Positions 28,200 through 40,598 of a stretch of DNA of 64,000 nt are shown piece by piece. The stretch is from Lingula anatina. Taxonomy: Eukaryota > Animalia > Brachiopoda. The stretch's first letter is position 1. Each line of letters begins with the position of its first letter. The translations under genes and the position numbers were made by a program. The notes below the pieces were generated by a model. The model searched no databases. It saw nothing but the letters and a program-made list of their open reading frames with translations, and was not told the origin of the DNA. The DNA lies in NCBI GenBank assembly GCA_051362555.1, contig CM120645.1, forward strand, positions 248,001 through 312,000, given 5' to 3'.

Positions 28200-28747
28200 C
28201 GAGGTATAATCAACAAGTTCTCGGCCTAATATACTTTGATTCAATACATTGACAGATAATCCAAATCAGTCGATAATTTTATCTAATTGAAGGTCATTGG
28301 TTGAGAGAATAGGATTACAACGCTTATTATTACATCAGAAAGTCTCTGTAAAGACGAGAAGGGTGCGTAAAACTGACAAAATGGAGAATGCTCACACGTC
28401 GCAAGTTGCCATGGCTGCCGCGACTGAATCCGGCTTCGAAGTTCTTCCTCATCCCCCATATTGTCCTGATTTAGCCCCTTCTGACTACTATCTGTTCCCA
28501 AAACTGAAAACTAACCTTCGTGGTAGAAAATTCGGAAGCAATGAAGGCGTCATAGATGCAATAAATGAGTACAATGTACTTGGGGGACCAGGATGAAGAC
28601 TTCTATTTAGAAGGGATACGTAAATTAAAACAGCGATGGATAAAGTGCATCAAGCTGAAGGGAGATTATATTGAAAAGTAAAAGCCAACTTTTCATTCCT
28701 AGGTATTCTAAATTACTAGAGGGCGGGAACTTTTTGATCTTACCTCG
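28200..28747 (+). mobile_element. Internally deleted Tc1/mariner (mariner) element
   Basis: TA on both flanks (28198-99, 28748-49). Imperfect TIRs of about 28 bp: CGAGGTATAATCAACAAGTTCTCGGCCT versus reverse complement CGAGGTAAGATCAAAAAGTTCCCGCCCT. Retains the transposase C-terminus HPPYCPDLAPSDYYLFPKLK (YSPDLAPxD motif), followed by a frameshift. Confidence 0.93.
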
Positions 28748-30784
28748 TAATTCGATCTGACTGAGGGTATCCGCCATGACAGGAAGGGAATTCTTAGGAA
28801 TATTATGGAAGTCCGGATCTCATATGATACCTTGTAAGTACAGGTTGAGGTGAACTGGAAATATCCGGGTCAGTATGAGGAACAAATGTCACCTGTACAA
28901 AGTAATGAAAGCAGACCACTTTTCACAGAAAACAACCAAACTTGTACCACGTCTGGTAAAAATGTATTTTATTTGTCTGAAATCTAATTTATTTGTCTGG
29001 CATTCTTTGAAATTCACAAGAAGCGGTTGCTAATTATTCTGTTTTCCTTTCAGAATCCTTACGTTGCAGTCTGGGAAAGTCAATCTTCTAAGGCGTATTT
29101 TGATTAAACGAGGTGACCCTAGCATCTTAGCGGCAAACACATCGACTAAAAAATGTATTAAAGATTGCCACTGTCATTTGAACAAGTATGAATCCCGGAT
29201 GAAAACAAAACTTAATGATATCTTGACGTACAGTGTGTACGAAAGTCCATGTGCCAAATTAGATGATCAGATCAACTTGATACCATCAAAGTACAAAAAA
29301 ATATAAAATGACATATTCCAAAGATGCTCAGACATAAACAGGAAACCTTGTGTACTTCAAAGATGGTTCTGTAATTGTGAAAATGTGAATAAAAAGCTTT
29401 ACAGTATGAATAACGCATTTTGATTTTTGAATCTGAAATTTCATACCCCTGTATATAAGAGGACATGCTAACAATTTTGCAATTTTAAATTATCCATGAC
29501 ATATTTTTCAAAAACGTACCTTAATTTAATGTGACACAAATATTAAAATGGCGCCTGGGAAGTAAATTATTCGAGTCTCTCTCTATAGGAACCCTATACA
29601 TGTAGACTCTGTGGGACTCTATAGGAATTCTATCAGAAGTTGAGATAAGAAAGGATAAAATTTTGAGCCAACTTCGTATTGGGTCCTAAAGGGCATTATA
29701 GCAATGTGTTGTTCAGTCTCAAAGTCAAGAATAACGCTGTTTTATCATCGTATATTGTATTTATTAGGGACCATCAAAGATGTGTTTCACAGTAAAATAT
29801 TCATTTGTGTCTGGATACACCAGGTGTGTCTTGTGTACTGCAGTCAGCATTTCCAACTGAAGACTCTAACTATGTCATTACAAGTAATACTGGACAACAC
29901 ATTGGTATTTGTGAATATTTATTGTTATACAATGAACTCAATAGTAAATTATAGCACTTACATTAAGCAAAGGCTCCTTATCATTTGCTAATGTTGGTAT
30001 ATATATGATTGATAGCGGTGTTAATACTTGGGTATATCAATCTTAAGAAAAATTAAAATAATGAGTTATTTAAAAAAGGTGACACTGTCAATGCGTATAA
30101 AGTACATCTCCATGTGTCAAAACTCGTGACATGGCACACAATTGTAAACCACATAAATACAAAACAAGTGTAAAAACCATAGTTTGACAATTTGTGCAAA
30201 GTGCATTAAACTTCAAACTTCAATGAGCTCAAACCTAAAAAAACACTGTTTACCAACAAAACAAAAATATTTATAAAGCACACAAAATAAGTGGATTTTA
30301 CTAAAAATGTGTAAAGATATTGTAAACAATATATGTAAACAGATCATTGATATGAATGTACGCCACTGTTTCCAACATAATTATGCAATTTTCACATTAA
30401 GTTTACAAATTAAATGCATGTAAATAAACAACTAAAATAAATAATAAAAATTAAATTGAAAGTAAAATAAATATTTTTTTTTAATCTGGCATATGTGCAA
30501 ATAATAATGAAGCTAACAATACGTCAAAAATGGAATCACTTATAAATTGAGCATATCAGATAACTTTACAGTATAATTATACATGTATATAACTTGCAGT
30601 AGCATAAAGGTTCATAACATGGACATGACAGCTACAATCAAATGTACGTCTATTCTGGGAAGTCTTCACTACAAGCTCACCAAGGAGGGGTAAAGGGCCC
30701 ACATTTTAAATGTTCACACCCTGAGAGTCAGGGCACTATAAAGCTTGCTCACTATACCTTTCCTACATTAGCTTTACGGTATTG

Positions 30785-31138
30785 CTGATGTGGGTAATAT
30801 ATGAAATCAAGATGGAGTTGGCAATACTGAAATCTAGAATCTTGGGTAATCTTTGGATGCACAATGGACAACTGATGTGGGTAATATATGAAATCAAGAT
30901 GGAGTTGGCAATACTGAAATCTAGAATCTTGGGTAACCTTTGGCTGCACAATGGACAACTGCTGTGGGTAATATATGAAATCAAGATGGAGTTGGCAATA
31001 CTGAAATCTAGAATCTTGGGTAATCTTTGGATGCACAATGGACAACTGCTGTGGGTAATATATGAAATCAAGATGGAGTTGGCAATACTGAAATCTAGAA
31101 TCTTGGGTAACCTTTGGATGCACAATGGACAACTGCTG
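30785..31138. repeat. 87-bp tandem repeat x4, downstream of the UROC1 stop (likely 3' UTR)
   Basis: Units start at 30785, 30872, 30959 and 31046; the overlapping ORFs show 29-aa periodicity. Confidence 0.95.
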
Positions 31139-31378
31139 TCATACATGCTACTCCTAGAACAGCTGTATTAATGAGGTCAGTCTTTGGACAGATACTGTCT
31201 TATACTTCATTTTTAGTGCTAAACTTCCAGACTGTTGTATCATTCAAGACTAATTTGTATACAAATACAGTTTAACTTAATATCCATGCATAGCACTGGT
31301 CTTGTTATTGTCAATGACCTTTACAATAATCAACACTGACCTTGACCTACATACAGCTTTGGTGCCTTATTAAATGAC

Positions 31379-33380
31379 TCATTCTCTCAATGCCCTGTCT
31401 AGGATGCTCTCATCCTGGACATGGTAGGGTACTGTGACCTTGAGACGCTCATTTTGGTCCATGGCGCGGCAGATCGTCTCCTCTGCGTAAGCATTTCCAG
31501 ACCAACTACGCCGCGCAACCTGTGGTGAGTTAGAAGCAGCACAATGTAGAACATGATACCATATATATGATATTATGTGATAGCAGTGCAGAAATTGGGC
31601 ACACTTATTTTTAAGATAAGACAAAATATTTAAAGGTTCTGTTTTTCATTTTTCCATAATACATACAAGAACCTGAAACAAGTAAGATATGGTTGACAAT
31701 GAAATACAAATGAAGTAAACTTAATATATATGTATTCTAAATTAAATCATTATAATACTAGTTTAAAAATATATAATATCTTAACATATTAATAGTTGAA
31801 TAATAAAACTTATATAATAAACTATTACCCAAATTAAATGAAAATATGAAAAGAAATTATTTACATGCAAAGTGGGAATATGTGGTTGATAGCAGAAAGT
31901 AAAGTGAGAGTAAAGTGAGTAAAGTGAGTGTGAACAAACAGTTTTGTGGACCTGGACCATAAACCAGTGAGGAACCAGAACGTCTAATAGGGATAAATGG
32001 AAACAAGGAATGAAACAGACAGAAAAAAAAAGAAACAGAAATCGAAGGAGATAGAGTTAACTAAAAATAAGAAATAGAAGTATATATTATTATTTCAAAA
32101 ATATAACATGGTTTGTGACATATATGTATGAATATGAATTATCACATTAACGTACATCAACATGCTAGTATAACAATCAATATTGCATGATACTTGCTGT
32201 TACATAATGTATATGTGTGACATGATACCTGTGTTATATGATGACAATGTAACATGCCACCTGTGTTACATGATACTCATGTTACATGATGAGTGTGTTT
32301 AGAGGCATGTCACTCACCCCGTTAGACACATCCCAGGCCAGCATCAGTTTGGCTCTCTCTCCGGCATCCTAAAGAAATGTATAAAAAGAACATAATCCTA
32401 CTTCATGATGTCACTGTTTGTATTGCATTTGAATACATAAACGTAAATTTCATCTTTGGGGAACAAAATAGATGAAAATGTTTTTAAAAATTATAGGAAT
32501 TATAAGCAAACAGCAGTTACCTCAGAGCCATCCAAGACAAGCCCAAACCCACCGTTCATCACCTCTCCCCTGAAATAACGAGAAAAGGAGAAATGTAATT
32601 CTGTATTGAACATGGTGACCCAATAAAACAAAAACCTATTTTAAGCGTAGTAAAGAAGGTGAAGCAATTTCACTGTTACTATATGCTAACCTAGTCCTCT
32701 GCACCTTCTTCAAATAAGCAAAACATTAAAGAAAATGGTAAAATTCTACATAAATGAACAAATAGTGAATGTTTTACTTGAGTAAACAGTCAAGCTGAAG
32801 AAGGTAAATATTTCAACCCTCTTTTGTAAAATGTGACCAAACAAAATATATGCAGTTAAAGATTACTGAATGTGTCATGCCAGATATATTCAAACTGAAG
32901 TCAGCTAATAATGGAATTAAAAATGATAATGATAAAATAATAATTATAATAATAAAAAGTTTTCTAAAACCACAGTCCATATTTCCCTTAGTATACAACA
33001 GTGAACAAATCTACAGTAATTGTTTAAAAATGTGATGAAACAAAACCTAACCATCCCACGCCCCCGCCATTGTGCAGAGCTACCCAGGTGGCACCACGGA
33101 AACTGTCTCCGATCACGTTCTGTACGGCCATGTCTGACAATGAAAGAACAAAACATGATAAAGAAACATTTTAAAAGGCAATTTTTAACAGTTACTATAA
33201 TAAAACATTTTAAATATATAAGAAATAAGCCATTTTTATGAATCAAAACATAAAGATTGAGCAGAAGTGCTGGTATCTTTTCAGAAAAATGTATAGAAAC
33301 ATACCCCACTAGGTACTACAGAAATATTACTATCAACTGTTCCACTTCAGAACAATGAATGAACTTCTACCAGTCAGAAT

Positions 33381-33450
<70 letters not shown>

Positions 33451-36228
33451 AGCCTACTAGCAGTCACAACTAACACAATCATCCTACCAGCATACAGTCA
33501 CATCTAACACCATCAGCCTACCAGCACACAGTCACATCTAACACAATCAGCCTGCCAGCACACAGTCACATCTAACACAATCAGCCTGCCAACACACAGT
33601 CACATCTAACACCATCAGCCTGCCAGCAGTCACAACTAACACAATCAGCCTGCCAACAAAGTCACAACTAACACCATCAGCCTGCCAGCACACAGTCACA
33701 TCTAACACAACCTACCGGCACAGAAACTAGAGCCATCATATATATTGGCTGTCTCTCTAAAGGGACTGTCTGTGCCACTGACGTCATGGTGGTCCCTGCT
33801 GATTACTACAGGACCCTGCGATAGAAAGATTATACTTAATTACAGGCAACTACATCCATCTTAATGTCTTTAATGCAATTTCTGACATGATGACTGTAGG
33901 GGCCTAAGGCGGAAAGATAACAATAGGCAAGACCTGTTTTAACTGCAAGAAGAGAGTACTTAGGCAGATAGCTACACTTAGTTGGTATTGGGGGGGGGGG
34001 GGGGGGGGAGAGAGAGAGAGAGAGAGAGAGAGGCACATTCACAATGTAACTGTCATACTAGGTAGATTGACCTAACTCCATGGTATATCTGCAGAGTAGG
34101 ATTCATCTACCCAGTACCAATGTTTCATTGTGAAAGCACCCTTGGATGTTATATATGTCTTTTGTTCTTAAACAGTTATCATCAGATTACAATGTGTTTG
34201 TAAAACCATTCTATGTGCTCTCCTTATTATGAAGCCCATATTTTCCTTTGCTGAATGCTGTCTTAGGGCATAGTTATAATACACAGTAACACATCATACT
34301 ATGTCTTACCTGTATAGCTCCATCCTTGATGGCTTTGTTAAAAGCGACTGCAATGGCGGATCGTCCATTTTGGTCTGCATATAGGATTCTTGCTTGTGAT
34401 CCCACAACCTGATATCAATTAACTATATATTACAGGAACACTGAGACAAAATATGTATATATAATACAATAAACTATATATTACAGGAACACTGAGACAA
34501 AATATGTATATATAATACAATAAACTATATATTACAGGAACACTGAGACAAAATATGTATATATAATACAATAAACTATATATTACAGGTATGCTGAGAC
34601 AAAATATGTATATATAATACAATAAACAACATGTAATATGTACTTTAAAGAAATTTTACTTCTAATGAAGGACATAGTTAAGGGTCAGTTTTAAAAAAAT
34701 GGCAAGTGAGGATAATTTTCACTACAATACTGCACATTTAAGTTTCACTTTCACACAACCTCCCTTACTGCTTCCAATTTTCACCCTTGTTCCTGGGGTA
34801 GGGGCGGTCTTGGTCTCCTCTCCCACCCCATTCCCCCCTTAAGAAAACCCTGCATCCACTCACCAGTTTGTGTTGGGCAGCCTCTTTAATCCACCTTATG
34901 TTATCTCTGTACTGCATTGCAACTGTCTCTGGGACTGAACCACATATAACAAGATAATACATTTTCATTAAATATTAAAAGTGGGAAATAAAGCACTAGT
35001 TGATAAGCCAATAGATGAAAAGTGTCAAGATAAAAAACATATCTAGTAGCTAATGAACTGGTAGGTCAGATGTGACATGTTATTAAATAATAACAGTTAA
35101 AACTTGAATTGTGTCTAAGTTGAATAAGTAGCAGAGGCAAACCTGGCCAGTTCACTTAAAATGGGTAAAATATGACACACACATGGACTGTATAGCTACA
35201 AGCTGTTTTAGGTGTACTGTTCAGAATTATATCAGTTTACTCACAGATTCTGCTGTTTTTTATTTATCTTATTCATTTGAATCAGTATGAAAACATAATT
35301 AAAACAAATAAAAAACAAAAGGTAGAAACATGTGTTGAAAAAAAAAAATAATAAATGAGTTACAATAAGTAAAATGGTCCCCCTACCCCCCTGGTTGACG
35401 ATATCCTCCATGACAGCAGCTGCTATGTTATCTGTGGTTTCTAAGTCACTGGGTTCACAAGAAGTACACACCCATCTGGAGATAAATACAGCACAATAAT
35501 AACGTCAAAGTGTGCTGAAATCAAAGTATGAACTATCATCTAATATTTGTAAAAAAGATGATTATATTAAAAAATTTAATCACTGAGGAAAACAAAATGT
35601 TAGGGCTATTAAAAATGTCTAATCGAAAATACCAGTGTTGTTGCAACACAATGACACTGTCACCTCTAACACAATGACACTGTCATACCTAACACAATGG
35701 CACTGTCACCTCTAACACAATGACACTGTCATACTTAACACAATGGCACTGTCACCTCTAACACAATGACACTGTCATACCTAACACAATGGCACTGCCT
35801 CACTGATCATATTCACACAATGAGCAGAAATTACCTGAAGGGTCCAAATCCCAGAGAGAAGATGTCTCCCATGATATCCTGTACATAGGACGGGTACCTG
35901 AACCTTACACTGAGTCCTCCAGAGTCTTTGATCACATCAGCACCTAGTCAAGTATATAACACCTCAGCAGTAACACCAGGATGCTTTAAATGACCCCAAC
36001 ATGAATTTTCTACAGGGTCCTTTAGAGATATGTCCTAGATAGGAATCCTATAGGAAGTCTGATAGAAAGTGGGTCTTGTAGGATTCCCATGGAGTCTCAT
36101 GAAGTCCTGTAGGACACCTGTAGGAGATTTCCATAAGGGGATGGACATTTTACTAGCTACTTTTGGTAACACTTGACATAGCAGTGACTAGACAAAGGCA
36201 AGGAAATAAGATTTAAAATAATTTTCTT

Positions 36229-36300
<72 letters not shown>

Positions 36301-37687
36301 CTTTTTCTCATCTATTAACCATTAGCTGAACCATGTGCAAGGGTGTCAACATCGGGGTTCTTCAGTATAACTGTATTAATTTATAAACAAATACAGTCCA
36401 TGCTAATAATCAATATCTTTAACAACTCTAAGAAAGATAACAACTTTGCCCAAAAATAAAAAAATAATCAGAAAAAAATATAAAAACAGCTCCTCATCCT
36501 CTGTTACAGGCATACATTGCACGCTTCACCTTTAATATATATACTGCTTAAAGAAATAAACACTAATTTTCACTTAACAACCAAGGTATACCTCATCAAA
36601 TACTATTGAGTACTGACATTTCCAAGAAAATCAAAGTAGTGCTATAAATGTCCAGCAGCAATTGTGTATCTTAACCAACTACCTGCTCTTGACGCCTCTA
36701 GGAGGAAGGCATTTCCATAATCAAAGAAATACATTCCGGCCTCCGACAGTCTGTTAATGGCTGCCACCTGCCTGCGCAAGCTAAAACACCGAGGGGGAAA
36801 AGGAAAACTCAACAACATACAGAGACAAAGAAGATAACTCAATATCTGAAAGATGCACATTAATAAACAGAGAAAATCAATGAAGACAAACAAAAAGAAA
36901 TTCAATATTACAAATCAAGTAGATAACAGTAGATTATATAAAATACAATAGGATGAGAAAACTTATTATTTTATCATTAAATAAGACATCAAATAGCAAC
37001 ATTGTTCAAATAAGACATCAATTATAAAACTCAGTTCCTAATACAGTATATGCACCTGGCATGCTGTGTCACAGTATTGGAATTTGACAACACCAATGCT
37101 TGTAAATGAAAATAAGGAAACAGGAAAGTACTAGCAACAAGACAGCATACAATAAGTAACACAGTATTAGCATCATGATGCATATGTTTGCAGGTAAAAA
37201 TAAGCTTGGGATAATTCTTAGTCATTTACCCACCTTTCCTGGACTAGGTTTTTAAACCTCACAGGGTCCGAGTGCATCATCATTCTGCTGTCTTCATAGC
37301 TCAACTGGAATAGAATTAACACTGGCAAGTGTGTAACTGTGTCCCCTGACACCCTCCCCCCCCTCGACTACTGAAACTAAGGCTGCACTCAGAACAGTGG
37401 ACCAACTAGTCCGAGGGTCAAATATGGCTGACACACTTGTGCTCCTTCCCCACGGGGAATATATATTCAGTTCTGTTAGCGGATTAGATGGCAAGCAATT
37501 AAGTGGGGCACCATATTTGACCTGCCAATTAGTGAAACCACTGTTCTGAATGCAGCGTGAGTGGAAGCTCTTATCTTATAAACAAATACTTTGATACAGT
37601 TTCTGCCAAATCCAGAAGTCTGGAATATCACTGAATGGCTTTTGAGGGAGGGAGACAGACTGAGAGAAAATGAGAGTGAGATAGGCC

Positions 37688-37742
<55 letters not shown>

Positions 37743-40553
37743 TCCAGAGAAAGCTCACCTGTACAGGGTAGTAACCACCAAGGAATGGGTTGTGACATGA
37801 TGTCTGGTCAGACCCTATGTCTACCAATAGATCTCCTGTGCTGTCATACTCATACACTAATCTTTCCCTGTATATTAAAATGATATATATATATATATAT
37901 ATATATTTGACAGCCTATGTCTAGCAGTAGATCTCCTGTACTGTCATACTCATACACTAGTCTTTCCCTGTATGTTAAAATGATGTAAATATTATATATA
38001 TATATGATAGCTTATGTCTACCAGTAGATCTTCTGTGCTGTCATACTCATACACTAGTCTTTCCCTGTATGTAAGAATGATGAACTTAAATTATGTACTA
38101 GTAGATCATACCCGTTGTCTGTAATATTTTCATTAAAATGATTGATTTCTACCATTACTACAGCAAGAGAGTGGCTGTACTCAAATTATTGTCTATTGAC
38201 AATCATAAAAAATTGACAGCCTTACCACAAGTCCACAATGTTTCCATGGTAACCAATACTGACTGCCAGTTGGTCTTGTCTTGCATGGCGTATTTTGCGG
38301 ATGCAGTCCTCTAAACTGTCTGCGATCTCCATGAGCCATCCCTGGTCATAGCGCTTACGCAGGGCCTCCTCACTTACCTCATTAACAACATCATAAATTA
38401 TATATATAAACAGTTCACTTTCTGCTTGGAAGTATCACTTTTAATTAAGAAAAAGATTATATGACAGTGATATAAGTGCCATCTTCAAGATGGCTGATAA
38501 CTTTCTTTGTAAGCTACTCACACCCCCACATATCACACTCTTTAGAATAACAGAATCAATAACATGACAAGGAAATAAAATCTTTTTGGTATCTACTTAG
38601 CAATGACACCCACACAGTAACATATAGCTACATGTCCTTAAAATAACAGAATATAGATTACATGACAATAACACATGCAGTTAAATCCTGCTGATGTCTA
38701 ACTCAGCAATGGCACACACAGAGACAGTCTTAAGAATAACAGATTATAGATTACATGACAATAACATCTTGTTGACAACTAACTCAGCAATGACACCCAC
38801 ACAACAATATATCACTGTCTTTAAAATACCAGAATACAGATTACATTGTTATATCTAACTCAGCAATAACACCCACACAACAATATATCACTGTCTTTAA
38901 AATACCAGAATGCAGATTACATGACATTAATAAAAAATCTTGTTATATTTAATTCAGCAATAACACCCACACACAGACACAGTCTTAGAAATACCAGAAT
39001 ACAGATTATATGACAATACTTTAATATTTTGTTGATATCTACCTCAGCGATGACCCCGACACAACCACAGATGACGGCTGCCTTGGGCTGCGCTCCACTC
39101 ATTCCTCCCAGTCCAGACGTTAGGAACACGCGTCCTCGCAAATCACTGCTGCCAATATGGCGGCGACCAGCATTCAGTACTGTCAACTGTAAGAAAACTT
39201 CTGCTCAAGGAACTATTTTGGGATTTATTTATCTGTTGCATACTTCAAACAGAAAAATGTTATGTCATAACATGAGAAACAATATCCAAAGTGAATTACT
39301 ATACATCTACATACAAATATGTAAGAAGTTGTAGGCTTTATTATTTTTTTTCTTTAATTCTTATCATTCAATCTTTTACTTTTTTGTAAAGTAATAAAAA
39401 ACTTCCTTCTGTCATCAATTCAAGAAATGTGTGATTCAACTGTTGGTTTTTAGTTTTCCAAAACTTTATAAACAATTAAAAAAATTTATATTATCTTTTA
39501 TCTATATGCAGCTAAATTTGCCCTCTTTGTCGTCAATATTGAAAAACAGCTTTAGTAACAGTTAGACAAATGGAAAACTCGGGTAGACCCATGACCTTCT
39601 TAAAAGTTTGTCTTATAGTTGGTTTGAAATTTTTGTCTTAGAATAATATAAATTTCTGAACCATATCAGTACTCACGGTTGTCCCATGTACAATGCCTTG
39701 GGGTCCTATGTAACAATAACTGCCTGCTGTCATCTGACCATACCTGGTATAACAATAACAACAATAACATTACCATAACAATAACTGCCTGCTGTCATCT
39801 GACCATACCTGGTATAACAATAACAACAATAACATTACCATAACAATAACTGCCTGCTGTCATCTGACCATACCTGGTATAACAATAACAACAATAACAT
39901 TACCATAACAATAACTGCCTGCTGTCATCTGGTATAACAATAACATTTTAACACATTTAATACATATGTCAGCTTATTTACAATGGTACATTTAATAAGG
40001 ATAAATTCTTAGAAGTGATCTACATAACATTTACATAAAAAAAAAAAAATTTCATCAGACAAAAAAAAGTAATTTTCTTTCTCCTACAAAATGTTTGCTT
40101 TAACCGTCTCGGCACTTGGATGTTGATGCATGGTGGTTGGTATGCTGGCCTTGTAACACGCAGTCTACATAACTGACGTTGTGATATGTCATGGCTGTCA
40201 TTACATATACCATATCTTCTTCAAAACTTACATGGTGACACCCAAGGCAAACAATTTCTCGTACATCTCTCTGGATGAGTAATTAGGAATCACCTGCAAA
40301 TAGTGACATACCACATTAGAGAACAAAAGTAATTATTCTACAATTACTGGCGCTTTTCTTTCAAATATCCTACATTTCCAATAATGCAAAAGATGTTGAG
40401 GATTATAAAACATCACAGAGACACTAGTTATCATGCACACATGCACGTGAACACTCACTCACTCACCCACACACACCAACATACTCACACACACACAACA
40501 TACTCACACACACCAACATACTCACACACACACACTCACACACACGCACACAT

Positions 40554-40598
<45 letters not shown>

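Noticed and set aside
28297-28596. Active mariner transposase
   Set aside because: The element is only 548 bp; the N-terminal and most of the catalytic domain are deleted and the remainder is frameshifted.
853-30000. Numerous 60-142-aa ORFs in the left half
   Set aside because: Composition typical of AT-rich non-coding DNA or microsatellites, many with non-ATG starts, and no recognisable domains.
30752-31171. Three overlapping ORFs of 126-129 aa
   Set aside because: Open only because of the 87-bp repeat; present on both strands with no recognisable protein.
36005-36140. CCTRTAGGA-rich tract ending TTTCCATAAGGG, possible CACTA/EnSpm end
   Set aside because: Only one end is visible and the similar tract at about 29575-29640 is too degenerate to define an element.
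33450-39946. Regular repeats as a CRISPR-like array
   Set aside because: Head-to-tail units with no unique spacers, no cas genes, and a eukaryotic intronic setting.
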